The translations under genes and the position numbers were made by a program. The notes beneath the pieces were generated by a model. That model saw only the letters and a list, made by a program, of their open reading frames with translations, was not told the origin of the DNA and searched no databases. A stretch of DNA of 64,000 nucleotides. Origin: Cyanophora paradoxa CCMP329 (Eukaryota > Plantae > Glaucophyta). Within the stretch, counting starts at the first letter, position 1. Each line of letters begins with the position of its first letter. The stretch lies in assembly GCA_004431415.1 (NCBI GenBank), contig QPMI01000204.1, positions 1 to 64,000 on the forward strand. The letters are read 5' to 3'. Below are positions 48,172-61,399 of this stretch, one piece after another.

Positions 48172-50365
48172 CTGGAGGGAGAGGGTGCGCTCGAGGTCGG
48201 AGCCGAGCGGGGTGAGGCAGCGGAGGCCGAGGGCCCTAATCCCGCCCCCCGCCGGCCCCGTCGTCCCGTCGAAGAGCGGCACCGGCGTCGCCGCGGCGCG
48301 GGCCGAGCCGGCGATCGCGCGCAGGGCGGGGGACGGGCACGGGGAGGCGGCCGGGGAGGCCGGCGGGGGCGAGGCGCGCTCGAGGAGGGCCGAGCCGGCC
48401 GGAGCGGAGCGGGCGAGGGGCGCGCAGGAGACGGGGGCCACGCGGGGCGCGGGGAGGGCGGAGGTGGCGGAGCGGGTGCGGCCCATCAGTGCGGCCTCGA
48501 CGTCGGGGCTCGCCCCGCGCGGGCTTTGCATCCCCGCCCGCCCCGCCACCGGCGACGGGCACGGCGAGCTCCCCAGCGAGCCGGCCGGCAGGCTCACCCG
48601 CACCACCCGCGAGCGCGGCGCCTCGTCCACCGCCGACACTGCAGCGCGCCGGCGTCAGACGTCGACGCAGGGCGGGGGACGGCGGGCCGGGGCGGACCGG
48701 CGCTCGGAGAGGGCGAGCGGCCGCGGGCGGCCGCATCCTTGGCGGCAGCCGGCGAGGGCGGGATCCTGCGGCGGCCGATCAGAGCGCGGGGCGGCGGGGC
48801 GGCGGGGCGGCGCACTTCTCCTCGGGATGGGGGGATCCGGGCGGCGGGGGCCGAGGCGAGGCGGACGAGGGGCTCGCCGGTGAGCGGGTCCTGCGTCACC
48901 GTCACCATCCGGATGTTCCCGCTCGACTTCCTCCGCCCCAGCACCGGCGACGCCGCCGGCGCCGGCGACGCTGCCCCGGCGTGTAAGCGGCGGCGCGGCG
49001 TGCGGCGGCGCCGGCCGGCACCTGTGGCGGATCGCGGGTCGCGCTTCACGTATTGCCCGATGGCCGCGGTGAGAATCGCGTCCACTGCCGCCGACGGGTC
49101 CGGCCCGCTCGCCCCGCTGCGCGCCCTCGTCGGCGAGGGCGACGGGCGGGGCCGGGCTGGCAAGGCGCCGGGGCCGCACGTGACCCTGGGGCTCATTCTC
49201 GCGCTCTCGGACATGCAGCCGACGGAGGCGGAGCGCCGGTGAGCGGCGGAGGCGGTCGGAGAGCCGACGGACATCGACAACGGGGAGCACTTGCCCGACG
49301 CCGGCGTCCGCGCCCGCTTCGCCGGCGACGGCGCCGATTGGCCGCAATCCTCCGAGAACAGAGATCGCTTTGGGCTGAAGATGGTGAGGTCCGAAGCCGA
49401 CGCGGGCCCTGGAAACGAGCGGTGAGACCCGGAAGGAACCAAGACAGGAAGAAGCGTACTTCGGGAGGCGCAGCTGATCGGTTTCGATGATGCAAAAGAA
49501 GCGGACGTTACGTGACTGAAGATTGAAGTGATGGGCGCAGCGGGCAAGCCTGCGGCGTGAAAGGGTACGAAAGTGAGATGATGAGGCACTGCGAAGCAGA
49601 AAGAAGACATGTAAAGGACGTCTGCACCGCTGTTGACTGACACAGCGCGCTTGAGAGGCTTCGATTCCTCGGCGGGACCCCTGAGCGGCAAGAGCGCCTC
49701 AAAACCTCTGGCAGGCTGGCGCACGCGACTCGGCGAGACCGCGACACGCACACTGAGTAACATCGACGTGCAGCTCTTCAACAACGGGGCCCGTCGCAGC
49801 AATCGCGGCGGGCCACTTGTCTGTGGTGCAGGGGGCAATCAGCTGGCGTGCGTTCGTCACAGAAAACGGCGGAGCGGCGCAGACCTTCCAAAGAGGGACA
49901 CTCGAGTGAGCTTTCGTTGCCCAGTAGATCTTCGAGTTCGGGGTCCTGATCACGCATTTCGGCGTCCGCGACGCCAGCATCGGCTGCGCGACGCGCGGGG
50001 GGGGGGCGTTCAGCGATGGTGTTGCGCTCAGAGCAGCATATAGATGATAAGGAATGATCGCTAGACGGCAGACGCCGCGTCGAACGCCGGCAGCGGCGCG
50101 TTGGAGAACGTGAAACTTCGGCCGTTTATCGAGCCGTCCCGGATCACGCGGCGACGAATGACGCACGAAGCAAGTCATTGCTGAACAATAGCGCTTCCGC
50201 CAGTTCGCCGTCGAGAGAGAGCGTCGCGTTGAGGAGGTTCAAGGTGGCGTTGTGCTGGGCCTGGCCGGCGGGCGCGACCGATGAAGACAACGCTGGATGA
50301 TCGATGTACAGGTCGTCGTCCAGCGCCGCTCCGCCGAGGAACTCATCGATCCCCAGGCCTGCCAT
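47929..50365 (-). CDS. Hypothetical Ser/Pro-rich protein, copy 2
   Basis: Duplicate of 38261-40702. Confidence 0.5.
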
Positions 50366-50958
50366 CGTACGATTTCCCTGCGTCGCTCGCAGACGGTGCT
50401 GGCCGCTGCTGGCGAGCGTGAACTTCACAGCGTGGAACAGGCGTCGACGTCGCTCGCGAAGCCAACGTTCACAAGGTGACTCCTCTAGCCGCTGCAGTCG
50501 ATGCGGATCCGGCCGAGTTAGTCCAAGCCAGCGGTACCCCCCTGGAGGCTTGCAAAAATCGAAGCGTCGCGCGACTAATCTATGTCAATATTGCCCTGCA
50601 TATGCATGCGCAAGCAAATAAGCGCTAGCCTAGTAGCGCCGGCGCCGGCCCCCGCCGCCGACGCGGCGTTTCATTTACGCTTATTATACGTATACGTATA
50701 CTGCAGCAGTGTTAGCGCTAGCGCAAGCTGTACTCCGGTCGACCGGGCCGTCGACGTCTCATATTGATCATGAATTTGAATAACTTGTACGCTGCTAGCA
50801 GCGTACGTACCGAGTACGGAATCCTACTAGGCTACGGATCTAGAGCTAGACCGTCGGACTCCGGATCGTCTCAGATTCGTCTGCCGCATGCGCAGTGGCG
50901 TGGGCCGTCGTGCCGCGCGTACGGTGCACGTGGCCATGGACCCCGCCCGGGCCTGGGT

Positions 50959-51287
50959 TCACTTCTTGAACCACTTGGGCTTCTTGGGCGCGTCGCCCTG
51001 CCGCCGGCCGCGCCGCCTTCCCGCTCGTAGTCGCGGCGCGGGGGCGCGGGGCCCGGCGCCGCCTCCGCGGGGCCGGCCTGCGACTCTGCGGCGACGGCCT
51101 GCGGGGCGGGGGCGTGAGGGGGGCGGGGGAGGGGGCGGGGGCGGGGCGCGCCCGCGGGATCTCCTCGACGGTGAGGTCCTCGGCGGTCGCGAGCAGGGCC
51201 TCCCGCAGGAAAAGGCCCCCCGTCTGGCCGTCAGCGCCGCGTCGGGCGGGGCGGAGCGGGGCGGGGCGGGGTGACGCGGGGCGGGGC
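50959..51287 (-). pseudogene. Orphan TUG 3' exons, copy 2
   Basis: Duplicate of 41297-41624. Confidence 0.8.
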
Positions 51288-51562
51288 CCGTCTGCCCGGG
51301 AGAGGCCCGTTCGCAAAGCAGCCGCGGAGGAGAACGCGGGCCTGCTGGCGCCAGCGCCGGCAGAGCTCGAGGGGGGGATTGAGCGCGAGGTCGACTTCCA
51401 CGTCGGGCCGGCGGTCGCCCGACACGTCACGGCGTTGAGAAGCTCGGCAAACGGAGTCCACTGACGTCGATGCCCGACGGACCGGCGACGGTCGCGTCTA
51501 GCGTGATGACGAATACGTACACGCACGTGCATGCACGCCGGAGAGCTCCGGGGCTCCGGGGC

Positions 51563-53161
51563 TCAGGGGCCGAGCAGCTCGACGCGGGAGCTCGGCAGGA
51601 GCCGACGAAGCGAGCCGAGGGTCCTGCCCTGCTCGACATGCTCCGCCGTCTCTCGGAGGCTGACCTTCTCCCTCAGGAGGCGAACCTGAGGGGGGTAAGA
51701 TTGGGAGGGGGTACGTGTGCAGGGGGTGCGGCGTGGACCTCGAGGCGGGCGCCCAACGGTGCGAGGGCCGCGAGGACCTCGTCCCCTGGGGGCAGGTCCC
51801 CTTGGTAGCAGGAGAAGGGGAGCGAGAGGAGGACCGACTCGAGCGGGGGCCCGCGGGCGGCGAGGGCTGCGAGATCGCCCGCGGCCGGCGGCTCCTTCAC
51901 GGTCAGGGCCAGGGAGCGCAGGACCGCCCCGGCGCCCTCCAGTAGCGGGGGCAGGAAGCCCCCAGGGGGCGCGGTCACGTCTGCGCGAGAGGTACGATTA
52001 CAGCTCGTCTGCGAACGATAATGGGGCACGCACCGGATTCAAACTCGAGGTGGAGGGTGGCGAGAGACGATCGGCGGACGGCCTCTCCTAGGCGTGACAA
52101 GTAGCTCCCCCAGGTTGTGTGATCTAAAATTAGCCGGGCCTCCCTTAGGGGCCCTTGCTGCTCCAGGCCACTCCACAGCTTCGGTGCCTCTTCAAGCCTG
52201 CGGGCCCGGGAGGAGAGGGGGGGGGGGTTAGCAAGGGGTAGGGGTCGAACCGGGGTACACGCACGAGACGAAGAGCTTGGAAGCGACGCGCTCGAGACGG
52301 GGGAAGGAGAAGAGGGCTGCGGTCCCTTCGGGGTTGTACCGGTCCAGCCGAATCTTTTCCCTGCGGGGAGAGCGTCAGTTGGTGGATGGGTACAGATATC
52401 AGGGAGAGCGGAAGGGGGTGCGGCGAACCCGAGCTCGAGGGAGCGGAGGGAGGTGCCGGCGGGCGTTCCGACGAGGGATTTGAGATAGCTGCCTTTGGTG
52501 GAGCTGCCGGGGCAGCGGATGGCGAGGTCCTCCAGCGGGAGGGCCGAGAGCTGCCGCAGGACGAGGTCGGCGTTACGCTTGCCCCATTGACCGACGAGGT
52601 CGACGCCGAAGCTGAGCCGCCGGAGCCGCGGGCAGCGCGCCGCGATCTCCCGCGCTGCGTCGTCGCGGGTGTGCAGCTCCGGCGGGAGGTGCAGGCCGGT
52701 GAGGCGGTGGAGCCCCGGCGGCGCTCCGCCCAGCGCCTCACGGAGCGTGTCGACTGTCAGGAGATTATCATCGACCGTCAGCGCCGCTTCGAAGCTCTCC
52801 GCGCCGCCCGCCGCCGGCGCCGCGGCCGCCGCGCAGGCCTCGACAACGCCCGCCGCTGCTCCGAACAGCTGCAGCACTTCGTCTCGCATCGCCTGGCGCC
52901 GTGCCCGCTTCAACGTGATGCTCACAGCGTCCGACCGCACTCGCCCGTCCGCACCAGCGCCGCCAGCCGCTCAAGCGCGGCCGGGTCGTCGGCGGTGCCG
53001 ACACTCCGGAGCTCGCCACGCCACGCCACGCCGCCCTCGACGGCATCTCGAAGGCGGCGGCACGTACGCCGCGCGGTCCACGCGCCCGTGAGGCCAACGA
53101 GCTGCAGGATCTTCTCTAAGATGCCCTCGGGAAGGTCCAGCAACCAGCTTGAGTGCTGCAT
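51563..53161 (-). CDS. F-box/LRR-like protein A, copy 2
   Basis: Duplicate, with a 1-bp homopolymer deletion near 52950 (frameshift or sequencing error). Confidence 0.7.
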
Positions 53162-53411
53162 ATCGCGCGCCGTGGCAGCGTGTCATCAAGGACGATGAAG
53201 GAGAGCGAGCCAACGCTAGCTGCGGTTAATACCGTTGGCTCGCAGCTGCAGAGGACTCTGCCCTCTGAGACAGCTTAGAGTCGGGAGCCGGAGGACTCCG
53301 GGAGGACCCGGCCGCGGAGGACTCCGGGAGGTCCGGGGAGGAGGCTGGGGGGGTACGTCAACGCGTGGGGACGTACGCAGTGCCAGCAGCACGGGCTCCA
53401 TTGCTTGGGGC

Positions 53412-55008
53412 ATGGAGCAGTCGCGCATTTCGCTGCTGGACCTGCCCGACGATCTTCTTGTGAGCGTTCTGCAGTTTGTGGGCCTCGCGAAATCGTGGAC
53501 CACGCGGAGTACGTGCCGCCGCATCCGCGACGCTGTCGAGCGCTGCACGTGGGGGGGCGAGCTCCGGGCGGCCGGCGCCGCGGACGACCCGGCCGCGCTG
53601 GAGCGGTTGGCGGCGCTGGTGCGGGACGGGCGAGTGCGGGCGCGGGCGGACGCTGTGAGCATCACGTTGAAGCCGGGACTTCGGCGGCGCGAGACGAAGG
53701 AAGTCGCGGTGCTGCGGCTGTTCGTAGCGGCGGCGGCCGTGGTTGAGGCCTGCGCGGCAGCCGCGGCGCCCGCGGCGGGCGGCGCGGCAAGCTTCGAAGC
53801 GTCGCTGGCGGTCGAGGAAAAGTTTTTCCCAGCCAGCACGCTTCACGAAGCGCTGAGCGGAGCGCCGCCGGGGCTCGATCGCCTCACCGGCCTACACCTC
53901 CCGCCGGATCCGAAGCTGTACATAAGCGAGAATATGGCGCAGCTGATAGCCGCGAAGTGTCCGCGGCTCCGAAGCCTCAGGATTGCCGTCCAGGGTCGCT
54001 GGGGTCAGCTGCATCAGAACATGGACCGCTTTTTGGGCCATCTCTCGGCCCTCTCGCTGGAGCACCTCCTCGTTCGGTGCCCCGCTCGCATCCAAGGCAG
54101 CCATCTCGAGGTCCTCGTCGGCACGCCCGCCGGCCGCTGCCTCCGCTCCCTCGAGCTCGGGTGGGACATACCCCATCCCCGCGCACTCCTGTACCCCCTT
54201 ATGCGCTTCTGGGAAAAGGGATAGGGTCCGGCTGCACAGCGACGGGATTCGAGCCCTGTTCTCCCTCCCTCGCCTCGAGCGCATCGCTTCGAAGCTCTTA
54301 GTCTCGTGCGTGTACCCCCCCGCCCGCCCGGTGCACCCCGTACCCCTTGCTCATCTCCCCGGTCCCGCAGGCCGGAGGCGGCAGCGGCGCTGTGGAGGGG
54401 TCTGGAGCGGCAAAAAGCCCTGAGAGCCGCCCAGCTAATTTTAGATCACACAACCTGGGGGAGCTACTTGTCGCGCCTAGGAGAGGCCGTCCGCCGATCG
54501 TCTCTCGCCACCCTCCACCTCGAGTTCGAATCCGGTGCGTGCCCCATTACCGTTCGCAGACGAGCTGTAATCGTACCGCCCGTGCAGACGTGACCGCGCC
54601 CCCTGGGGGCTTCCTGCCCCCGCTACTGGAGGGCGCCGGGGCGGTCCTGCGCTCCCTGGCCCTGACCGTGAAGGAGCCGCCGGCCGCGGGCGATCTCGCA
54701 GCCCTCGCCGCCCGCGGGCCCCCGCTCGAGTCGGTCCTCCTCTCGCTCCCCTTCTCCTGCTACCAAGGGGACCTGCCCCCAGGGTACGAGGTCCTCGCGA
54801 CCCTCGCACCGTTGGGCGCCCGCCTCGAGGTCCGCGCCGCACCCCCTGCACACGTACCCCCTCCCAATCTTACCCCCCTCAGGTTCGCCTCCTGAGGGAG
54901 ACGGTCAGCCTCCGAGAGACGACGGAGCATCTCGGGACCCTGGAGGCGTTCCGGCAGCTGCTCCCAGACGCCCGCGTCGAGCTGCTCAAGGCCCCTAGCT
55001 ATATATAG
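53412..55008 (+). CDS. F-box/LRR-like protein B, copy 2
   Basis: Duplicate of 43749-45344. Confidence 0.72.
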
Positions 55009-55455
55009 ATAACAACAAGAGGTTAATTGCCGCTGTGCAGCTGCCTGTTCAACTGCTGTTTAAAACAATAACAAGATCTGTACATGTACATTCATGATTG
55101 TGTTCCATTGCAAATTGCGCTGCGTTATCAGTTATCAATATGCATCGCCCGGTCACTTGGCGGCCAGGCCTGTCGCCGAGTCGATCGCGACGTCACTGAG
55201 TCAGTGCATGCAGTGCGCGTGCGCGTGCCCCTGCCTAAAGCGTGCTAGCCCGCCGGCGCCGTGACGTTCAACGGTTCTTTCATGATGTGCCACAGCCGTT
55301 GAGATGCAGCGTGCTCGATATCGATATCAATTTCGACTGCGCATGCGCATACACGCACAGCCGCTGAGCACCAGTTGCAGCCGCGTCGGTCTGGTCGACG
55401 CCCTATGTTGCATAAATGATCGCTGCTGTGTTCTTCGTGCATCCGGCCCCCAGGC

Positions 55456-57817
55456 TCACTTCTTGAACCACTTGGGCTTCTTGGGCGCGTCGCCCTGCCC
55501 GCCGGCCGCGCCGCCTTCCCGCTCGTAGTCGCGGCGCGGGGGCGCGGGGCCCGGCGCCGCCTCCGCGGGGCCGGCCTGCGACTCTGCGGCGACGGCCTGC
55601 GGGGCGGGGGCGTGAGGGGGGCGGGGGAGGGGGCGGGGGCGGGGCGCGCCCGCGGGATCTCCTCGACGGTGAGGTCCTCGGCGGTCGCGAGCAGGGCCTC
55701 CCGCAGAAAAAGGCCCCCCGTCTGGCCGTCTGCGCCGCGTCGGGCGGGGCGGGGCGACGCGGGGCGGGGCGGGCGCGCCTTCGAAGGCGAAGTTGAGGAG
55801 GGTGGCGGCTGCGTGCGCTCGCGGGTTACGCGTGGCGGGGTGGCGCGAGGAGGGCCCCTCACGCGTGAGGCCCGCCGCGTGCACGCTCGTCCCCGACTCC
55901 GCCACGCGCTGCACCGGGGGCGCCACGTCTGCGAGCTGTGAGGGCCGGCGGGCGGGGCGGGGCGGGGCGGGGCGGGCACAGAGGTAGAAGGGGCGCGGGG
56001 CGGCGAGGCGCTGGCGGACGAAGTCGTAGACGTCCGCGACGCGCTCCCGCGCCGCGAAGGTCCCCTGCAGCACGAACCGGTCCGGGAAGCGCACGCGGAT
56101 CAGGCACTGCGCGCCCCGCCCGCCGGTCAGGGCGCGGGGCGGCGGGGGGCGGCGGGGCGGGCGGGCCTTGGCGTAGCGGCGGCGGCGGCGGGCCTCCATC
56201 TCCTCCCGCAGCTTGCGCGTGAGCAGGAGGTCGCCGTCGCTGCGCGGGCCTCGCGCGGGGCGCGGGGCGCGGGGGCGGCGCGTGGCGCGGGGGCGGGCCT
56301 GGCGTGGGCGGCGCGCTGGACGATGGCGAGGTCCTCGACGGTGAACTCGAAGAAGTCGTCGGGGACCTCGAAGCGCCCCGGGTCGGGGCCCCCGCCGCCG
56401 GCCGCAGCACCCGCGCCTCCCGCTCGCACGTCGCCGGGCCCACCGGCCCCTCGTCCCCCCGGGCCCCCCCGGCCCCGCCGCCCCCGCGCCACTGGCTGGG
56501 GCGCCGGCTGGGCGGAGGGGCCGGGGCGCGGGCCGGTGCGGGGGCCGGGGCGGGTGCGGGTGCCGGGGCGGGGGCGGCCGGCTGGGCGGGCTTCGGGGGC
56601 ATCTTGAACTGGGCGAAGTCGGGGTTGATGCGCACGTCGCGGCTGGGCTCCCCCGGCGGGGCGCGGGGCGCCGAGGGCCCGGCCGAGGGCCCCGGGGCGG
56701 CCTCGGGGAACTTGAAGTTGGCGAACTCGGGGTTGCGCGCCGGGGCGTGCACGAGGACGGCGTTGTCCGCCCCCGCCCGCTGCTCCCCCGCCGCCGGGAA
56801 CTTGAAGTGCGCGAACTCCGCCGCCACGCCCCGCGGCGCGTCCGACCGCGCCACGTCCTCCCCCGCCGCCTCCGCCGCCCGCCCCGCCGGGGCCGGGCCG
56901 GGCCGGGCGGGGCGGGGGCGGGCGGGGCGGGGCGCGGGGCCGGAGGGATTCGGCGGTGGCGATCTCGAGGCGGGCGTCCTCGAGGGAGAGGCCCGAGGGG
57001 GCGAAGGCGACGCGGAAGAGGGCGCCCCCCGAGGAGAGCCCCAGCTGCCCCAGCGTCGTCGTCACCAGCTCCCGCAGCGTCCCGATCTGCGATCGGCCCG
57101 CTCGCGCTCCGGCTCCACCGCCCCGCCCCGCCCCGCGCCCCGCCGCCCGCCGCGCACGTCGCGGTTGAGGACGTTGACGGCGGGGAGGAGGAAGCTCGGC
57201 GGCTGCCCGGGGCCCCCGCGGTCCGTCAGGTTGTGCGGCCCTGTCGCGTCGTACTGCCGCAGCACCTGCCGCCCCGGCTCGGCCCCGCGCGGGGGGCGGC
57301 GCGGGGGGCGGCGGCTGACCTCCCAGATCGTCGACTGGACGGGGAACTGGAGCCCCGTGAGGCGCTCGCCAGACTCGAGCTGGATGCCGACGGACACCTT
57401 CGCTTGCGCTGCCCCCGGCGTCGGCCGCGCGTGCAAGAGAGCGGGCCGGGGAGGCGCTGACATGAGACGACGTTCACGGCGAGGTCGAGCTTGGCACCAG
57501 GCGGCAGGTTCGACAAACGGAAGGTGTTCGACATATCTAATTCGACAGTGAATGTTTCTCACAATGCTCGTCGCCGTCGCTTTACCTAGAGTCTTGCCAT
57601 TGTATTTCAGCGCGTACACGTGGGCATTCTCCAGCTTCTGCTTCGCGCAGTACTCGGCGACGATTGCCTGCGCACGCACCAGTCATTTGGGTGAACCGCA
57701 CCCAGACGCACGCGTAAAGCCGGATGTCCGGCCCGTGCGCACTGTGAGCTGCGTTGCTGGCGTCACTTTGATCGTCTCTCGCCGTCCGTTGTACAAGACC
57801 GTCACGTTCGACGCCAT
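55456..57817 (-). CDS. ASPSCR1: TUG/ASPL-like UBX protein (UBL1-UBL2-UBX), p97/Cdc48 cofactor
   Basis: MASNVTVLYNGRRETIKVTP..YALKYNGKTL|DMSNTFRLSNLPPGAKLDL; VPDDFFEFTVED; IRVRFPDRFVLQGTF; terminal KPKWFKK. Confidence 0.85.
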
Positions 57818-57999
57818 CTCAGAACGAAACCAGAGGGGAGCGAGCCGCAGGGGCGTACAGCAACACGAAGGATTCGTGCTAGGCTCTGCTAGCCGGCCGT
57901 GGTGTGCGTGTGTACGTATACTACACGCAGCGGACGCGCGCTGGCGTGCGGCAGTGCGGCCGTCACGCCTGCGAGGGTAGCCCGGCGTGCACATCCGCC

Positions 58000-60900
58000 A
58001 TGGCGGACGCGCGGGAAAGGGAGCGGGCCAGCCCGTCGGGCGTCCCCGAGGCAGAGAGCGACGATCCGGTGCAAGAGGCGGACCTGCAGTGGTGGGCGCC
58101 TCCCCCCTGATCGCCCTGCGTACGTACGTGACCAGACGTTTTGCAGCCCCATCTGCTTCCAACTCCTGACGGACGCTTTCATCACCTCATGCGGTGAGAG
58201 AACGCGATTGCTTGGCCGATCTAGCGCCTGCCCTGCTGATGCTTGCCCCCCCCTGCCTGTTCGTCCGCTCACCACCTGGGCCCTCGGGGGCGGCGTCATG
58301 CAGGGCATTCCTACTGCTTCTCATGCATCAGCAGACATCTCTCTCAGCGCTCTGATTGTCCAACGTGCGGGAGGGCCCCGTTGACGAAAGATAACGTGTT
58401 CCCAAATTTCGCGCGTGCGTACGCCTCTTGACTGCCGGGCCCCGATCGCCGCCGACGCTTCCGTCTGCGCGCGCGTAGTGAACAAGCTCCTGGCGAAGGC
58501 GACGTCCGCGAAGAAGCGGGCGGCGGGCTCGGCGGTGGCCCTCCTGCAGGAGCAGATCCTCTCGCAGAAGACCTGGAGCTTGAGCGGCGCGCACCTCCCC
58601 CGCCCCAGGCCCCCCTAAAGTCTGACCTGCCGGCCCTGCAGACCTCGACGCATTGCTCGGTGCGGCGCGGCGGCGGGGGCGGGGCGGTGGGGGCGCGGTG
58701 CGAGTGGCGCGGCGCAGGTGCGCTGGTGGAGAAGAAACGGAAGCTCGAGACGAGCGAGGCGGAGGCCGAGCTCGACGTCCTCATGTTCTTCCTCCAGCAG
58801 TCCCGCGCCCAGAAGTTCCAGGTCCGCGGGGCGCGCGGGGCGCGGTGCGGGGCGCTGACGGTGCGCAGCACGTGGCGCAGCTGACGCGGGAGCTCGAGCG
58901 GCTGGAGCGGGACATGCAGGAGGTCGAGGTCCGCCGCCGCGCCCTCGGTCCCGAGCCCGGCACCGGCCCCGGCCCCAACCCGCGCCCCGCCCGCCCCGAC
59001 TCCGGCCCCGCGCCGGCCCGCCCTGCCCTCGCCCTCGCCCCCGGCGCCACCGCCGCCCCTTCCGCTGCGCTCTCTTCCTTCTCCTCCTCCTCCTCCTCCT
59101 CCTCCTACCTGCCGCCGATCCTCGCGGGGAGCGGGGGGGCGGCGCTGGAGGGCGCGACCCCGTCCCTCGCGCCAGCCGGGGCGCCCTCCTCGGCCCTCTC
59201 CGCGGGGCCCTCGCCCCCCGCCCTCGTCGGCCCGCCCCCCGAGGCCCCCCTTCCCTCCTCCGCCTTGGCACCCCGCCGCTCGCTGGTGCGCGCCGCCCCG
59301 ACACATCGCTCTCCCGGACACGCCGGGCGACCCCCGGGCAGCCGCGGACGCGCGGCGGGCCGATCGCGGGGGCGCTGGGGAGGCTGCGGGCGGGCGGGCG
59401 GGAGGGTGGCGGGGCGGGGGCGGGGCGGGGCGGGGGGCGGGGTGGCGGAGGCGGTGGCGGCGAAGAAGCGGCGGGTGGAGGCGCACTTCGCGGACCTCGA
59501 GGCCTGCTACTTCGCCGCCCAGCCCCCGGGCCCGCGCCGTCCCGGGCTCCCCCACCCCCGCCCCGCCTCCCCGGGGCCCCCGGCGGGGCGGGGGCGGGGA
59601 TGTTCGGCGGCGGGGCGCTGCAGTCCTTTGTGGAAGACCTCGAGAAGTTCTCCCGCTTCTCCCGCTTCAACGCGCGCCCGCCCCGCCCGCCCCGCCCCGC
59701 CCCGCCCTGACCCGCCCTGACCCGCCCTGACCCCGCCGCAGGTGCTGGCGACCGTCCGGCACGCCGATCTCTTCCACGCGGTGCGCGGCGCGCCGGGTTC
59801 GGGGAGCCGCGCCGTGCGCGGGGCGGGGCGGTGACGGGGGCGGGGGCGGGGGCGGGGCAGTCGAACATCGTGTCGAGCATCGAGTTCGACCGGGACGAGG
59901 AGATCTTCGCGACGGCCGGCGTCGCCAAGAAGATCCGCCTCTTCTCCTACGCCGCCCTCCTCGCCGAGCCCGCCGAGCAGCACTTCCCCCTCCGCGAGAT
60001 CCCCGCCCGCTCCAAGCTCAGGCGCCGCCCCCGCGCCCCCGGGCCCCGCCCCCGCTCCCGCGACGCCGGCTGAGGCGGGCGGCAGCTGCCTGTCGTGGAG
60101 CGGGTTCGCGAAGGGGCAGCTGGCGAGCAGCGACTACGAGGGGATCGTGACGGTGTGGGACGCGGAGACGGGCCAGGCGGTGCTCGAGCTCGACGAGCAC
60201 GAGAAGCGCGCGTGGAGCGTCGACTTCTCGCGCGTCGAGCCGACGCGGCTGGTCTCGGGCTCGGACGACGGGAAGGTCAAGGTGTGGAGCACCACGCAGG
60301 AGGCCTCCGTCGCCACCATCGAGAGCACCGCCAACGTCTGCTGCGTCAAGGCCCGCCCCGCCCCACCCGCCCCGCCCCGCCCCGCCCCGCGCCCCCTCAC
60401 AGCCCCCCCCAGTTCAACCCGGAGTCGGGCCACCACATCGCCTTCGGCTCGGCCGGTGCGCCCCGCCGGGCCGGGCCGGGGCGGGGCTCGGGGCGGGGCG
60501 AGCGGGCGGGGGGCAGACCACCACGTGTACTACTACGACCTGCGGCACACGCGGGAGGCGCTCGGGGTCTGCAAGGGCCACCGAAAGGCCGTCTCTTACG
60601 TCAAGGCCCGCTCCCTCCCCGCCCCGCCCCGCCCCGCCCCGCTCGCTCCCGCTGAACCCTCGCCGACCTGCGCGCAGTTCCTCTCCCCGGACAGCATCGT
60701 CTCAGCGTGCGCGCCTCGCTCCCCCGCGCCTGCCCCACCGGCAGCAAACATCTGGCCCCGCCCCGCAGCTCGACGGACAGCACCCTCAAGATCTGGAGCC
60801 TCGCCGGCAGCCAGGCGCCGTCCCGCAGCCCCGTGCGCGCTCCGCCGAGCGCCTCTGCGCGCAGGCCGAGGGCGGGCGCAGGGGGCGGGGGGCGGGGCGG

Positions 60901-61399
60901 GGGCGCCGGTGGTGGACTGTGCGCGGACGCTGACGGGGCACGCGAACACGAAGAACTTCGTGGGCCTCTCCGCCAGCGCCGACTACGTCGCCTGCGGCTC
61001 CGAGGCCAACGCCCTCTACGTCTACTACCGCAACGTCGCCGCCCCGGCACGGCCCCGCCCCGCCCCGCCGCGCCGCGCCCGCCGCCGCCTCTCATCCTGC
61101 CGCGCCCCGCCGCGCCCCAGATCCTCTGCCATCGCTTCGGCTCCGCCTCGGGCCCCGCCGTGCGCCGCCCTGTCGCCTCCTGCGCCACCGCAGCTGACGG
61201 GGGGCGGCAGGGCGGCGGGGGCGGGGCGGTCGAGGAGGGCCCGCTGGGGCCGGGGCCGGGGCCGGGGGCGGGGGGCCCCGGAGAGGAGGACCCGGGCCTC
61301 TTCGTGAGCTCGGTGTGCTGGCGGCGGGCGCCCAACGCGAACGTCCTCCTCGCCGCCAACAGCGTCGGCACCATCAAGGTCCTCGAGATGGCCCCATGA
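58000..61399 (+). CDS. COP1: COP1 E3 ubiquitin ligase (RING, coiled coil, WD40), plant-like
   Basis: CPICFQLLTDAFITSCG|HSYCFSCI..CPTC..FPNF; SNIVSSIEFDRD; SKLSCLSW..LASSDYEG; EHEKRAWSVDFS..LVSGSDD; HRKAVSYVK; KNFVGLS..ACGSE; FVSSVCW..AANSVGTIKVL. Confidence 0.96.

Larger units (their letters stand above)
47399..57020. repeat. Tandem segmental duplication, copy 2
   Basis: Ends inside the intact TUG gene at ...cgcggaagag (57020). Confidence 0.96.

Noticed and set aside
52922-53161. Frameshifts in duplicated genes as evidence of pseudogenisation or programmed frameshifting
   Set aside because: Single-base homopolymer differences typical of long-read error; not assessable without reads.
41900-61399. 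Functional ubiquitin-system cluster (F-box, UBX, COP1)
   Set aside because: Copy number comes from local duplication, and there is no evidence of co-regulation beyond adjacency.
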